Below are positions 1 to 19,665 of a stretch of DNA of 64,000 nt, piece after piece. Every line of letters starts with the position of its first letter. The first letter of the stretch is position 1. Source of the DNA: Kondoa subrosea (taxonomy: Eukaryota); the NCBI GenBank assembly GCA_039545335.1, contig BCIN01000002.1, positions 1,067,118 through 1,131,117 on the forward strand, read 5' to 3'. The notes beneath the pieces are model-generated. The model was given only the letters and a program-made list of their open reading frames with translations, was not told where the DNA came from and did no database searches. Made by a program: the position numbers and the translations under genes.

Positions 1-4299
<4,299 letters not shown>

Positions 4300-4403
4300 A
4301 GAGAATGTTTTGTAATCGATTGGGTGACTTGTATTTTTTCGTGGGCATGCTTTTCGAAGTCAAACCATTGTACCTTGCATTGGATATACCGGGTGTCTGA
4401 TGG

Positions 4404-5527
4404 ATGGATTCACTATGGAAGCTTGAACAGACCTTAGCAGATCATAAAGGCCCTGTTCATTGCGCTGTCTTCTCATCTGGAACTGGTGGATACTTAATCA
4501 CTGGAGCTCAAGACAGAGCTGTAAGACTATGGAATCCCAAGACTGGAACTCTAGTCAAGACTTATCAAGGGCATGGCTATGAAGTCTTAGGCGTTGCACC
4601 GTAAAGCTCCAAGCAATTCATGCGTTTTAGATGAAAGTACTCAAGAACTGCTGGACAGGTCGCACGACAACACTCGACTGGCTTCTTGTGGTGGAGATCG
4701 TTCTGTCTTCTATTGGGACGTAGCGACTGGTCAGCCAATCAAGCGATTTGCAGGACATGCATCAAGAATCAACACAGTAGCTTTCAACAGAGAATCTACG
4801 GTACTCGCTAGCGGTAAGCGCTTCCGGATTTCAATTCACTACAGGGCTGATCACTCTTGACACTAGGGTCTTTCGATGCAAGTGTTAGATTATGGGATCT
4901 CAAATCACAGCAACGTTTGCCTATCCAAGTACTGGATCAAGCAAAAGACTCTATCACTTCTCTTATCATTACGGATCATGATATCATCGTCGGATCGGTA
5001 GATGGTTCGGTGCGCTGGTATGATTTGCGAGCCGGAGAACTTTATGTCGATTACTATGAGAGTGAGTTCATTGTTCGGACGAAATTCCATGAGGTGCTCA
5101 ACGTGGACTGTAGATCCTGTTACTTCAATCAGCTTGACAAAAGATAAACAGACTATACTCGTTTCAACTCTGGATTCCACTATTCGATTGATGGACGTCA
5201 ACAATGGCTCACTTCTGCAAACGTACAAAGGTCACAAGAACAATTCGTACAGAATCAAAGCCTGTCTAGACTCAAAGGAAGCGAATGTGATCACGGGCGA
5301 TGAAGAAGGCAACCTTTGGACGTTTGATCTGGTAGAGGTAAATCATTGCTCATCAGACATTGTAGCTGTCTGATAAGGAAAAACAGGGACATTGCGTAGG
5401 CAAACAATCAGTCGATACTGGAGGCAAAAGCGTCCTGTGGACTGCGCATCATCCGCTTGCTGCTGAGAATTTGGTTGCAACGGCTGATGGGGCTGGCTGT
5501 GTGAAGATTTGGCAGAAGAAGACCTGA
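4404..5527 (+). CDS. WD40-repeat protein, MORG1/WDR83-like, multi-exon
   Basis: YLITGAQDRAVRLWNP, YQGHGYEVLGVA, LASCGGDRSVFYWDV, SGSFDASVRLWDLKS and YKGHKNNSYRI are joined by ~50-nt GT-AG introns. Stop 5525-5527. Confidence 0.85.
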
Positions 5528-5771
5528 GAGCCTACCTTATAAAGGGACGTCGCTACGGTTGCGAAACCAATCCATAGCTCAAGACGTGAGCTAGTTCCAT
5601 TGGAATAGCTTGGAAATTCAGCTGATGTTTCGTAGGAGGGACGAGCTTTAAGGCGAATATCGTGGCATCAGGAGACAAAATTCTACATAGCTGAATTGAA
5701 CAACTACAACGTGTTAAGATCATAGCAGGTACAAAGCAAATGGTCCCTTCTAATTCCATCTATCCGTATCG

Positions 5772-7052
5772 CTAAGCATAGTGGTTTACATTCTTCATGT
5801 GCAATTGCAAGTGATGATCTGGACTCTTCGCAATTGCCTCACGCAAGCCGTCGAGGAAGTCTTTATGCCAAGATGGCTCTTTGTTCGAATAACGCTCGCG
5901 CAGGTTCCAAATTGCTTTGTCGTAGCTTGCTCCGACTGCTACAGCATTCATCCCAGGCGCAGTACACTGCTCACACATGAACAATAATTACTATGCAAGA
6001 AACGCGGTACTTACGGCATTAACCTCGGCAGCAATATCTCTTCTGTATGCCCTCTCGCGTTGTTGTTCCATGTCCTGACAAGACTGGATTCAGGTCGCAG
6101 AGAGACTTCCGCCCCAAACGACCTACTGCCTTGTCATTCTTGACCAGCCCATGAGCAGCAGACAAATGTCCATGTAACTAAACAATAGCGAAATTTAGGG
6201 GAGCCCAGTCTGCATATAGGTCGACGGGCATACCACGTTTATGTACGAATCGGCTATTCGAAAAGACTTGAGAATCGCAGCGTAGTCTTGAGCCAATGCA
6301 ATCTCTTCCGACTTAGCTGTCGATCGCCGCTTAAAAAGAGCTTCTTCATCCTGGATTCTCTCACGAAGCTAAAGGGAGCTTGAATTGTGATATTAAGCTA
6401 AGAAGAAGTACTACTTATCGACTCTATATGGCCGAGAATCTCTTCGAACTGTATAACAATTGCTATAGGTAAGCAATTACCAAAGCAGATGGACTGAAGT
6501 TTGACCACCTTTTCAGCTAGCGTGGCTGAACTGGACTTGACATTATATGTAGTTCGAGTGCTTTCTTCTCTCTTCAACAAATCTCGTAACTCGATGACGA
6601 GACTTCTTTCGCCAAAAAGCTGTATTGATGTGAGCTTCGTAATTGGAGGAAGTCAAGCTTTTGACACTCACTGCATTGTAGGCGGCATTGGCCTTAATAT
6701 TATCATGTGCTAGGAAAGCCTTGAAGCTCTTCGCGTGCTTCTCGCGATTGCCAACTTTGTAATCGGCTTCTGCTACAAACAAAACGCGAGTCGCTCGTTG
6801 CCAATTTTCAAGACATTCCTTGAGCTCGGCAGAAGACTTATAGCTAGGACCCCGGACTTTGTGTTCGGGCAGCTTTCGCTCGCTTGGACCTGGAGCTGAA
6901 GCGCTGACATCGGATAGAGGCCGAATGTTGGGAGCTGAGGCCTGGGGGATAAGAACAGGATGAGGCTGGCCTTGCTGTTTAGTCCGTGCAAAACCGGAGA
7001 ATCGAAGCCATGACTTTTGCTTCTTAGGTTCGTCGACTGATTGCTGAGGCAT
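5772..7052 (-). CDS. hypothetical multi-exon protein, 3' end uncertain
   Basis: ORFs 6543-7052 and 5772-5984 plus intervening open segments with intron-like gaps. No recognised family. Confidence 0.4.
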
Positions 7053-7602
7053 GATATGCTGATATCTTCGCGCAAGCAGATGTAGAGACAGGAAGAGCAG
7101 AAGAAACTAAGCGAAGAGATGCTCGAATTACCATTCGGCGGAACAAAGGGGCCTTCAACAGCAAGAAGAGCGATACAGCATCCCATGGAGCAGGACATCG
7201 AGGTGGATTAGAGACATGCGAGCTAGTAGATGAGAGCTACAAAGTCGTGCAAAGCCTTAAAACCGAGGTCGACCGATAAGAAATTGCTCTCAGGCTTCCG
7301 CGGAAACAAAGGGAAAGAACACCAATCCAGCGAAATAAAGAGAGCCATCGAGATCAATACCAATACGGGATAGTCTGAATACCCTTTCCTCACAAGCTTG
7401 ACGGCCAATGTCTAAGCTTTCGCCAATTTGAGATTGCGGAGTCGTTCCAAGACAGCGATGCGACTCAAGGCCTTTGATAGCGCCTACGAAGTCACCCACT
7501 GCGGAGACAAGTCATGATATTCTGCTCTCTTAAGAGAAGAGGTCCAAGCGCGAACTTTAGTGCATTGCATCTTTTCGTTGCTCTTTTGTCTTCCCCATCT
7601 GT

Positions 7603-8784
7603 ATGCTGGGCATGCTCTCTCTATTATTGTTGCTAGCTCTCTCTCTGTCTATCACAGCCCAGGACTTGACTGATCCTCTCTTACCTTCGACAACCCAAAT
7701 AACAACATCGAATCAAGACGTACCTTTTCCTACAGCTTCCCTTGCTGCCTCAGCTACTTCTACAGCTCTCAACGCTCAACCTACATATACTGACAATCCT
7801 TGCGATTGCCTCTGCTCCAATGCAGCGGTTCTTTTGTATACGTGCTACAATCGAGCTCCCTCATTATCCGATGCTGGAGCTGTAGAGTCCGTTCAATCAC
7901 ATTCTAAGAAGTAGAAGAAATGCTAATAGGTTTTCCTAAAGCGAAAGCTGTCTCTGTGATGAAGGAGATAGTCAGAGTGCTTGTTTTAGATGTATGGTGG
8001 AAAGCGGGCAGCAAGCGTACTTAGCCGGTGGAGAGCAAGGAATGGATTGCCCTGCTAGTCAATCGTTCAATTGCGAGTATTGGATCTACCACATAAGGCA
8101 ATGATTGACGAAATGGGTCAGATCCACTTGTGCCAGGTAAGCTTGAAGCAGGACTAGACCCCAATTTGCTAACGGCTGCTGCAGATTACAATAATCAAGC
8201 TATGACCTCTACTTTGGTCAGTGCGCTATCATAAATTGCGAATAACTCTCATTTTTTTTGTAATGGTCTGACAGATTGCAACACAAGCTTATCAATTTGA
8301 CTTCATGGTGAGTTTGAGCTGGTAGACGTTCTTGTGTCAACTAATGGCTGTTGAGACAAACGCCTATGTCTACCCGACTCAAGCGACTCTCACGTTACCT
8401 TCTTGCCCAACTTCACTCGGAACACCAACAAATGGCTACCTCGCTTTCCCCACACCTTTAAAGAACATGAAACCGCTCTACCCAGAAGCATCTATCGATC
8501 CAGCAGACTTAGTGATCTTTACCACCGCTTCAGATGGATCTTTAGCTACTCGAACAGCTTTCACAGCAGTGACAGCAGCAATGCAAACTTCTGCTATTGC
8601 TTCTTATGGTCCTGAAGAGACGAGCGGTGATACTACTGACCCTAGTATTCTGCAAGGTCAAGATGGTGCTGATTCTGTACCTGAGCAATTGGGAAATGAT
8701 GGCGGAGAAGAAGATTCGAGCGCTATAGGAAGTAATGTGGTTAGGTGGGCTGCTGTAGTAGGATTGATAGCTCTTGTACTGTAA
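7603..8784 (+). CDS. secreted Cys- and Ser/Thr-rich, probably GPI-anchored cell-surface protein, multi-exon
   Basis: Signal peptide MLGMLSLLLLLALSLSITAQ, Cys-rich middle exons, hydrophobic C-terminus SSAIGSNVVRWAAVVGLIALVL. Confidence 0.7.
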
Positions 8785-9152
8785 TAAGAGAGAGATGTAT
8801 TCTCGGCTTATGACCGAATTTGAGGACGACATTCCATGTCATCGCTCTTCAAGTGAACTTGTTAAGATCGACCAAAATAGTCAGTAGCTCTGCCTCGACC
8901 AATCTGAGGCGTGGGCTGATTCCTGATACTAGTCATACAGCAATGGACAAGAACGACGCAAACGGTTCGCTCCTCTTGAGTTTAGATGATCGCGAATACC
9001 CAAAGTTGAGATTTGGTTTATCTTTGCAGTACACAAGATTGGTGCTGGCCCACAACCTAAAGGAGGGTAAGTTCCGGGCCCTGCGACGCAAACTGGATTC
9101 CCGCTTGAAGTCTCGAGGAATGAGCTGATCAACTATTTGGTGTGATAGAAAG

Positions 9153-9647
9153 ATGGCTTCTGCTGTGAGGAAGGTGAGCAGATCCTCATGGAGTGCGAAT
9201 GATACCTGGCTGACTTGTAATGGATCAGGATCCGGCTGTAATGCCTTTGGCCATCATGTAAGCCTGACGAAACTGGCTCAATCCCAAGTAACTGAATATG
9301 GTGCTTTCTACAGCGTCGTCATGGGTCTGGGAGCTGCATTCTATATGTTCTCAAATAAGACCAGTGCGCATCGACTCACGTGACTATAAATGATCATCTC
9401 ATATTGAGAACCAATTCCTACAGCCGAAGAGAATGTCAGAACTAGAGTACCGGAGAAAGCTGCTATGCCCAAGTTGCCATCTAAATCAGCTTCATTGGGA
9501 ATCAACACTAGCAGCATTTTCACATCGGGTTCATTCATTGGCGATTTAGCTGTATGTTGCTCGTTTTTCTTTCTGTTATGGCAGCTGAAGATGATTGCAT
9601 CGTACAGTCCCGTTTTAGGCAGTAAAGTCTTGGCTTCACGGTATTAG
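9153..9647 (+). CDS. small single-TM protein (weak resemblance to NDUFA4/MLRQ-type proteins), 4 exons, 3' end uncertain
   Basis: Splicing of canonical-looking introns gives MASAVRK|DPAVMPLAII|VVMGLGAAFYMFSNKT|KPIPTAEENVRTR. The family assignment is inference. Confidence 0.45.
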
Positions 9648-9808
9648 GGGCACGAGTCAAACGAATATGTAATAATCAAAGCATCACAGAAAAGCAAAGT
9701 GAATCCATTGCGCGATCAAAAGCACTGCTTGCGGTACAAGCACTAATATCGCTTCTCTGCGTTCTTCTCCTCTCTACTCTATTCTTCTCTGCGCAAGACA
9801 GCTCCCTA

Positions 9809-12343
9809 CTACTTCGCTCCCCTTCCCTTGGATTTGGGTTGTTTGAACGAAAAGCGTGGAACATAATCCTGCTGCTCCTCTCTTGCAGAAGGCATAGGTG
9901 TAGGCACAGGTAGTTCACCAAAAGGACCAGCAGCTTTACGTTGTAAAGTAGGACTGGTAGAAGGAGTAGTGGTAGTTGAGCTACTGCCTGTAGAAGTGGA
10001 AGAAGAAGCGATCGATTTCTTCCTTCTAGTAGATCGTCCCCACTGTTGATGATTACAAGCAGTCAGATGATAACAGACTGATCCATGATTTGGGAAAGCT
10101 TACGCCTTTACTCTTTGGCCCTAGAGGAGCGAAACCGGAATCCTGTACTCCGCCTACGATCTTGATCGGTGTGCTTGCTTGACTAGCGGTCCCAGCAAGA
10201 GATAAAGAGCTACTACTAGTACTTCTTGACCGTCTCATCTGACTCTCATTACCACCAGCTACTGCAATTTCCTTCAACGACAGTTTAGGCCAATCATCTG
10301 CAAAAGGATCTTGTTCATCCAAAGGCGAAATCATTTCATCCTCCTCCTTCATCTCAGTTGAATCTCTACGTTGCTTCAAAAACAATTCTTGGCACAAAAG
10401 GGATAAAATGGCAGGATCTTCAGGTAAACCTTGGAAAGCGTTGGTTGAAATCTGACCAAAAGTCGTTTCGATAGGAGTACTGAGTACTTCATCTTTCGGA
10501 TGCCATTCAATTTTAGGTAAAGACGAAGATCGAATGATACTGTAACGACCGAGAACTGGACCTCGACCGATGAAATCAATTCGTGTGATCTGACATGTCA
10601 AGACCATCCTCAAGTAATGTATACGGGTGTACAGAGTGACTCACCTTGTTTCGTTTGACAAAGCGACGCAAGTCTTTCAATGCTGGAGCATGTTCTGGTG
10701 ACATGGAATTGACTAAATCTAACGAAGTCTCGACAGAGCTCGAAGATCGTCGAGTACGCGTAGGTGAAACGAGCGGTACTCCCGCAGTGATAGCATTCTT
10801 CTCGGGTGGCGATAAGCTAAGGATAAGCTGTTGAAGCCTAGGCATGTTCGGTAGGTTTGTAGCAAGTAGCATCTATTGAAGTAATAAGCGGGGCAACAGA
10901 TTGTAGGATAGGAAGAACATACTAGTCGGGTGAAAGGAGCTGCGCAAGTGATGCGAAGTCGCTTGACATTTTTGTTTGCTTCGGCCAGAGCATCAACGCC
11001 TTCGAGTGACAGATCATAAAAGTCCACTACGATACCGATATGAGCATTACGTATCGCTGCATGAGAGTAAAAGACCTACACTCAAGTACAGCGAGATTAT
11101 GTGCAACCTTCAAAAGCTGATCATACAAGGTTGTCGGGCATGCTCTAAGCTGAAGTTCGGGTGCTACCCTATCGAGCTGACAATCGCTTTGACGAGTAAT
11201 GGAGAAGACTTTCAGATTTGGATGAGCAAGTAGATGTCCAATAGATTGTAAGTGGTTAACACTCCAGCTGCGGTTCAGGTTATTGACTATTTACTTTTGG
11301 TCAGAACAGAAAGTACCTGAAAACATGTGCTCTTTCAGTGTAGGAGACAACGATAGCATTGAAACTTTGGCAAGATCGAACTACCTCCCAACATTTCTTG
11401 GACAATCTCGATTCCACATCTACCAAAGTTAAATTTTGTAGACTCTCAGACTCTTGCAGCAGAGCATGAATGCCCAAATCGGTCAGTTTGCTGGCTCGTA
11501 TGTTTCTCAGGTCCAGCAAAACTAGTCGAGGGCATGAATTGGCAATTTCTTGCAAGAGCTGATCGTCGACAAATTGGTTGTCGGAGATGTGCAATTCGGC
11601 TAGAAGAGGTAAATTCTCTAGGCTGGCTGATAGGACTCTGGTGCCGGATTGATCGAGAGAAGCGAGAGATAAGCTGGTTAAGGTTGCAGGTAAGGAAGCG
11701 AGAATCGAGCCGTTCCAGCGAGAGAGAACGGTGCGCTGCGGTTCATAGAATAATGCAGTTTCTTCCTTATCTTGCGGTCTAGGTGCAAAGTTTTTCATTC
11801 CAGCCAAGGAGCAGCTGAAGTGTTTTAAAGATGAGCTGGATAGCCAATTGCCCAATTCTTGTGATACCGGTGCTGATAGAGCACTGTGCCAGTTGAAAGT
11901 GTGTAAGTTGTCCAGCCGGACAAGTACTTCCGCCAAAGCGGTCTGATTCAGTGCGTAAATGAAGTCGTTTGTTGCGACATTAGGCTCAACGATGCTGAGC
12001 GATTCCACGAGATGGGGTAAAGTGAGAGAGTCGACCAAGCTCTGAAGTGGACATGCTAAGTCGCTTGACGTCGCAATCAACAGTGCATCATCAAGATTGG
12101 ATAATGACACTGTAGAAATGCATTAAGCAGGCAAAGACAGCGGTGCGATAGAGTCTTACCGTCTCGATAAAGCAGAGTACGAAGAGCCAGACTGATATCC
12201 GGACCGCAGCAGTACAGGAGATTACGTAAAGTGTAGGCATTCAATGGCAAGAATTGCAAGATACGGAGCCAGCAGTCGACAGGCAGCTGTTTCTGCTGCA
12301 TAGCTCGCTTGAGCAGCTTCTGCGTACTTGAACGAGAGCTCAT
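9809..12343 (-). CDS. F-box-like / RNI-type leucine-rich-repeat protein, multi-exon
   Basis: N-terminal LPVDCWLRILQFL; LRR-like LENLPLLAELHIS, CPRLVLLDLRN, LTDLGIHALL; Ser/Thr-rich tail. Stop TAG at 9809-9811. Confidence 0.7.
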
Positions 12344-12836
12344 GCGTGCAGGCGGAGGCTGTCGACGTCAAAAGAAAAGATATCAAGAGGCTTTGAACAA
12401 GGCTACAGGTCGATTTCCTCTTATCTGCACGCGTCCGCAAGACCTCAGTCAACGTACAAACCTCTCTTTGGCCTTCTGAGCTCAGAAGTCGCGCTTTGGA
12501 TTTTGCGAAACTTGGCCCGAGCTTGTTTTCTTTTCCGCGCCTCTGCGACATTGGCTGGCAAGTCTGTGTAGGCTGCACCAAGGTCCTCCTTTCTCTGGAT
12601 TAGCTTAGCATTGAGGCTATGTCATGCGACAGTGGCAGTTCGTCACAAATTGCGGAAGTCTCTTGACCTGGAGCAGCCGCGTGTCTGTCGTTTCTGGGTC
12701 TGTACAATTGATGCTATAGCGCAATCTTGTGGTAGTGAGCTGGCAGCTGTGACTTCTGTCGCAACTTCGCAAGATAAGCAATCTTCTGCTTCCGCTTGGA
12801 CACCTTTTATTCTGCATCCCCTCTTCTCACAACATC

Positions 12837-13852
12837 ATGTCTCAAGCGATAGTCGAGGTGAAAGGAAGTTGTCCTCTTCAAAACCTTCCGATTGAAGTAC
12901 TTCTTATGCTTCGCACTTCTCTCTCGATCGCATCCTTAGTCAACCTCTCTCAAACCTCGCATTATCTGCGCACGGTCTACTGGCAAGAGGGAGCAGTGAA
13001 AGCAGCATGTTTCGCAAGAGGTGTCTCACGGCCTTTGGCTGAACTTGGTGTTCCTTCAGACGAGCGATGTCCCGACTATCGAACTTTGGCTGCTTCGATG
13101 GTACATCATGTCCGCAAGTGCAAATTGACAGTATGTCATTCCATTTTGGATCAGGATGAGGGTAAGCCGACCGATTCATTGAGCTCAGAGCCAAAGCTGA
13201 AAGCTTGGCAAAAGGAGATTACAAGAAGAGTGTCATTACAGTGGAGGATGCAAATGCGATAGCAAGAAAAGCGATAAATTTCTCTTTCCAGCCAGACTGG
13301 AGCGATCTAGCCGATCAAATCAAGTGGAAGACTTGCTTGAATTTCAAGAGCGCAGTCGAACTTATGAGTACTACGACAGACAACAAAGCGAGAACATACC
13401 GCGTTGGAAAACACTTGCCGGTCGCCTGTCTGCATTGCTAGGCTCACAGGCTTCAACGTAGTTGACTTTAAGGGGCTTATGTTGAGCCTACTGCATTGCT
13501 CCAAGATGCCAATTATACAAGTCACTTATTCCTACCAAACACAAAAGGAAACATTGCATAATGACGAGGGATGCACTATAGCGGACGCTATTCAAGTTAT
13601 TTTGATTGGTAGGCTATAAAGCAAGTCTCCTGAATTTCGCCGCTCAACCCGCTTGTACTTTTTAGTCGCACAATATTTGCTTCGGCTGAAGAAGATGTCA
13701 GTGATTGGGTCAGATCGCAAGAAGGTTCGGATTCAGACGATACAGAGGTTGACAAAGATCAGTTAGAGAATCAGCCTATATTCGAAGAGCTCTTGAATCA
13801 ATGGGACGGGCTGTTGGTAAGCATTCAGCTTGACACAGGAGTCTTTTTGTAA
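12837..13852 (+). CDS. F-box domain protein, multi-exon
   Basis: PLQNLPIEVLLMLRTSLSIASLVNLSQTSHYLR F-box motif. Spliced frame ends at TAA 13850-13852. Confidence 0.65.
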
Positions 13853-14307
13853 TACGTACATCACATTACATTACATTACAGGCGCGTAAATGTCAACGCT
13901 CGGTTGATGGTTTCATGCATGATTTTGCCTTCTTCTAAACGAGAGGTTAGTCTGTGTACCAAACGTCCCAAAGTCATCTCAAATCGTCCTGCCGACATTG
14001 AAGGATTCTTCATGAAACTATCCGAATGAGCATCGAATTGGTTCGCGCCAACGGCCATTGTGGGCATTGTATGTTCAGTTGTTCGTATACTTGTACTTTC
14101 CGTCGTGCATAAATAGACCTGCTGTCCCGAGCCTGCAAAAGTCGATGTGAAAGAGACATCCATTCTGTTCTCGGCAAGGAGTGACTTCTACCCAAGTCAC
14201 CAGTCAAAGACGAGATGAAAGTCGAGAAGAGGATAAGAGCGGTGATGATGCACGGAACAGGCAACGTGATCTTGAATCGTCATCGAAATCGACTGAAAAT
14301 GAATTCA

Positions 14308-15988
<1,681 letters not shown>

Positions 15989-16215
15989 TGTGATATCAAG
16001 GTGGTTGCTTTGAACAGTGCTCCTTGTTGAATGGAATCGTCAGCGTTTGCAAAGCCTACAAATTTGGCATTGTTAGCAACGTGACGGGAGACCCTCAAGT
16101 AAGTCAGAGGAATGAATGACTCTAAAGAACATGTATGTAATGCATATGTCTAATCACAAATAGTGCGCAAATCTACCCCTGAAGAAAAGAAAACCATAAC
16201 CCAAATGTGCTCGAA

Positions 16216-19200
16216 TCAAATCGAGACCTCGACCAACCACTCCTCTCCAGCTCCTTGACCTGCTACATCGATCTTGATCAGCGACATCTCGCCCTTCTCA
16301 TCGATCGAGCATTCCACAGGCGCATCATCAATTTTGAAATGAATCGTTCTAGCTTGAGAACTGGGAACGATGAAACCAAGTTGCCCGGCAAAATCGACCT
16401 TGACAAGCAATCTCTGACTTCCATCCTTGACTTGTTCTTGAATCGTCTCTTGCACTTCTTCCTCTATATCCGGGACTACCTCATCTTCTTCCTCTTCGGT
16501 GACAGAATCAGACTCCGCAACAATCGCTTCCTCCTCCACTACTTGACGCTCTTCAGCTGCATTCGTGTCGACAGAGGCTGGAGCCGTTTGATCTTTGATC
16601 TGAGCCGCTTCTTCAGCGACAGATCTATCTTCTGCTTGCTCAACGTTGACTGGCTGATGGCTTTCGCTCGAACCTTGTAACAGAGGTCGCTTTTCTTCTG
16701 ATACACCCTGCAGCCATTTGAAGCTGAATAGGAAGACCATAGCGCCTATACTAGCTTGACACCAATTGAGCAAAGTTCGGATTGGTGAGTGGAAGAATGC
16801 GCTTTGATCGAAAACAGGAGAGGAAGGTACTGGAGAAGGTGATACAGAGCGAAGACCTGTAGCTCCGTACAATGCTGGAGCTCTTCGAGTCGTTCGAGGT
16901 GATTCTTCTGGTGCAGGAATTTCGGCCTCAACTAGTCGGCCTTCCGAGGGCACATCTGCAGGTGCGGCCAAAGCACGAGATGGGATACTCTTGACAGGCT
17001 TGACAACTTGCGGCGCCTTAGATTTTGGTTGACCAGGTCGCTTGACGATCTTGGTAATAGTACGAGATTGCATAGAAGTACCTTCGGTCGAGGAGTAAGA
17101 AGTTACAGCATTCACGCCGCCCAATTTGTCGATCAGGCCGACGCAAGCGATTTGAATCTTTTCCCCTCCCTTCGATGTTATGGTGTGCATGGACACAACC
17201 GATAGCAGATCGAATTCTTTCTTGTGCAGCTCGATGGGAAGAATTGGAGCCGAAGAAAGTGACTCAGTTTTGGCTTCTTGTTCAACATCGAAGTCAGCCA
17301 GCGAAACGACTTGACCGGTTTGTTGCGAGTAAACAGCATAGTCGCCCTTTCCCTGACCGATCAAAGCAGAAGCCACATCTTTGCGGGAAAGAACGTCCAA
17401 AGCGACCGCTTCGCCAGCTCGACAATGCCAAACGCCTAAGACCGCATCTCCAGTTTGCGTGGAATAGCTCATCTTCATAGCTGGTCCATCGTTCTCCGCT
17501 AAATCGTCAATGAAGACAGTCGACGCGAGTCTTGAAGCCTTGTTCTGTCTTGAAGATGAACGGTTCTGTAGAACCTTGACTGAACCATCTTTTCGCTGAG
17601 CTATAATCTTGTTGACGACAGACTGATCGTGCTGATCAATGTTATCGGTAAGGTAGATAGGAGCTGATGAGAAGGTTCGAAGAGCTGCATGAGGTAAGCT
17701 GTAAGGATGTTTAGACTGGAACATATCGAGATCGGGAGTGTAGGACAGAGCTTTCGATAATGTACCGAGGTGAGAGGCATAAGAGAAGTGGAATCGATGG
17801 CTATCTTCAACATCAGGAAAGTAATCGTCATGCTGACTGTAAATCATCAAGAAACATAAGCTTTTCTTGACTGCTATCGTGCACAAGCTACTTACCGGAC
17901 GATCGCACCCTCAGCATTCTGATCAACACCTAGACCAAAAGCGCCAGAGTTGAAGCGACCAGACTGAGACATGCAATGAATCATTCCTTTTCCGAACACT
18001 TCTGCCGCAGTTTGAGTCATCACGGCCTGCCCATGCGTTTTAACCTTCGCTTCTTCTTCGCCTTCAGTCAGCGCATCCAAGAAGCTCTGATTATCAACTT
18101 TGACAAAAGAGATTCCAGTGGATTTGAGGGTAGAGAAATAGTCATGCCAGAATTTTGGCCAATGTTCGAAAAGAGGTAGATGACCATGCGAGGTTTTTCC
18201 CGTCGCCTCTTCGTGAAAGGTACATGCGAAGAGAGGGTATTCTTTGGCAAGAGGCGAAGAAGGGGAAATAGAGCCCCAGTAGCCTTGGAGAGTTAGCCAA
18301 ATGCCAATAGATTTGAAGAAAGGGAATTTCTGCTTGATTATGTCGATACCACGAGCTAGATCATCGATGGACTGGCTTGAAGCTGACTCTTCTTCGCTTT
18401 CGATTTCCGATACTGACATGTTTGGTGAAGTATAGCCAGAGTCAATTGGCTATCTGAAGGATTCAGCTTTTCCAATGCTTCATATATACTAGACTCCATA
18501 CCTGAGCAGACTTTGAAGACTGAACATCGAACCAGCCTGGTCTCGCTCCAAAACTCTGCAACACCTCTTCTTCTCCTTCCTTGATCGTATCCGCCCAACC
18601 ATCGTCAAGTAGCAAAGAATCAAATGAGTCGCTCATTCCCGATTGGACCAAATCATTAGAGTACTCGACCACTTGACTTAAAGTGTAAGGCTTGTTTAAG
18701 CTATTCCAAGTACAAAGTCTCAATCCTTGAGGTTCCACAGGTTTAGATTCAGCTATGGAGCCAGAGTATTGAACACCGTCTGCTTCAGCTACAGCTTTGG
18801 CAGCAACTTGAACCATTTCTTTCAGCAAAGCATCCAATTCCCATTCTTTTGCCCAACCAACTACACACTTCCCTTCAGACGATGTTGCAGAAGGACCACG
18901 TTCACATCGAAGCCAAAGTGGTGTAGTGAGAGTATCGTTCCAGTCGCCTCTGACGGAAGCGAAACAACCATTCGAAGCAAGAGGTAAGAGCGCTACTAAA
19001 GTTTGCGAATCTTTGACATGAGGGAAAACGAGGAGCTGAGTGTTTCGATCTGACGAGACTTCACCTAGATGAGGTAAGAGACGAGGAAGTTGCCATGTAG
19101 TCTTGGTCTGCTCAATCACGAAACCGCTAAGTCCTGCTTGAGGTTGACCAAGAGGGAAAGATTCGATTTGACCCGGTGGAGTACTTTCGTTGACTGGAGC

Positions 19201-19665
19201 GGAGAGAAGATGGATGCCTTTGCTAGCTTGATGCGTCGAGAAATGAGAAGGTAAGTTTGCTAGAACGTCGTGGAGCTCCAGGTTCAGGGAAGAAGCATCT
19301 CCGCTGATGATGATACGACCATTGGCGCCTTCTGTTCCTAGCCACTGGTAATCATTCTCGCCATGTCGAATGCGATAAGTGAATTCGAGCTCTTCAGCTT
19401 CGCTTTGTATTTCCAGAGGTAAAGTTGCACAAAGGGGCGCGCCGTCGAGAGATAGAGTCTTGGTGAAAGAGAGGCTTTGCCATTGTCGGGTAGAAGAGCC
19501 CAGCCAAACTAGAAAGATACAGCTTATCAGCGTCGGGAAGCAGGGCGGAAGTCTGATCGAATTACCTTCTAGAGCTTGCTCACTGTCCGACCAGCAATAG
19601 AATGTCAAAGATTTGGATGAGCTGGCCAAGGTAGTGGAGCCTAGCGCTGGGCGGAAGCAGTGCAT
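16216..19665 (-). CDS. raffinose synthase / seed imbibition protein Sip1-like (GH36-related), 3 exons
   Basis: LCTWNSL, LLLDDGWAD, IGIWLTLQGYWGSI, GISFVKVDNQ (nucleophile Asp), IHCMSQ, R..DDYFP, PDLDMFQS.H, PIYLTD, GLIDKLGG. Confidence 0.85.

Noticed and set aside
13876..14264. Short minus-strand ORFs with a hydrophobic start downstream of RPT6
   Set aside because: They begin about 45 bp after the RPT6 stop, probably in UTR. No convincing gene model.
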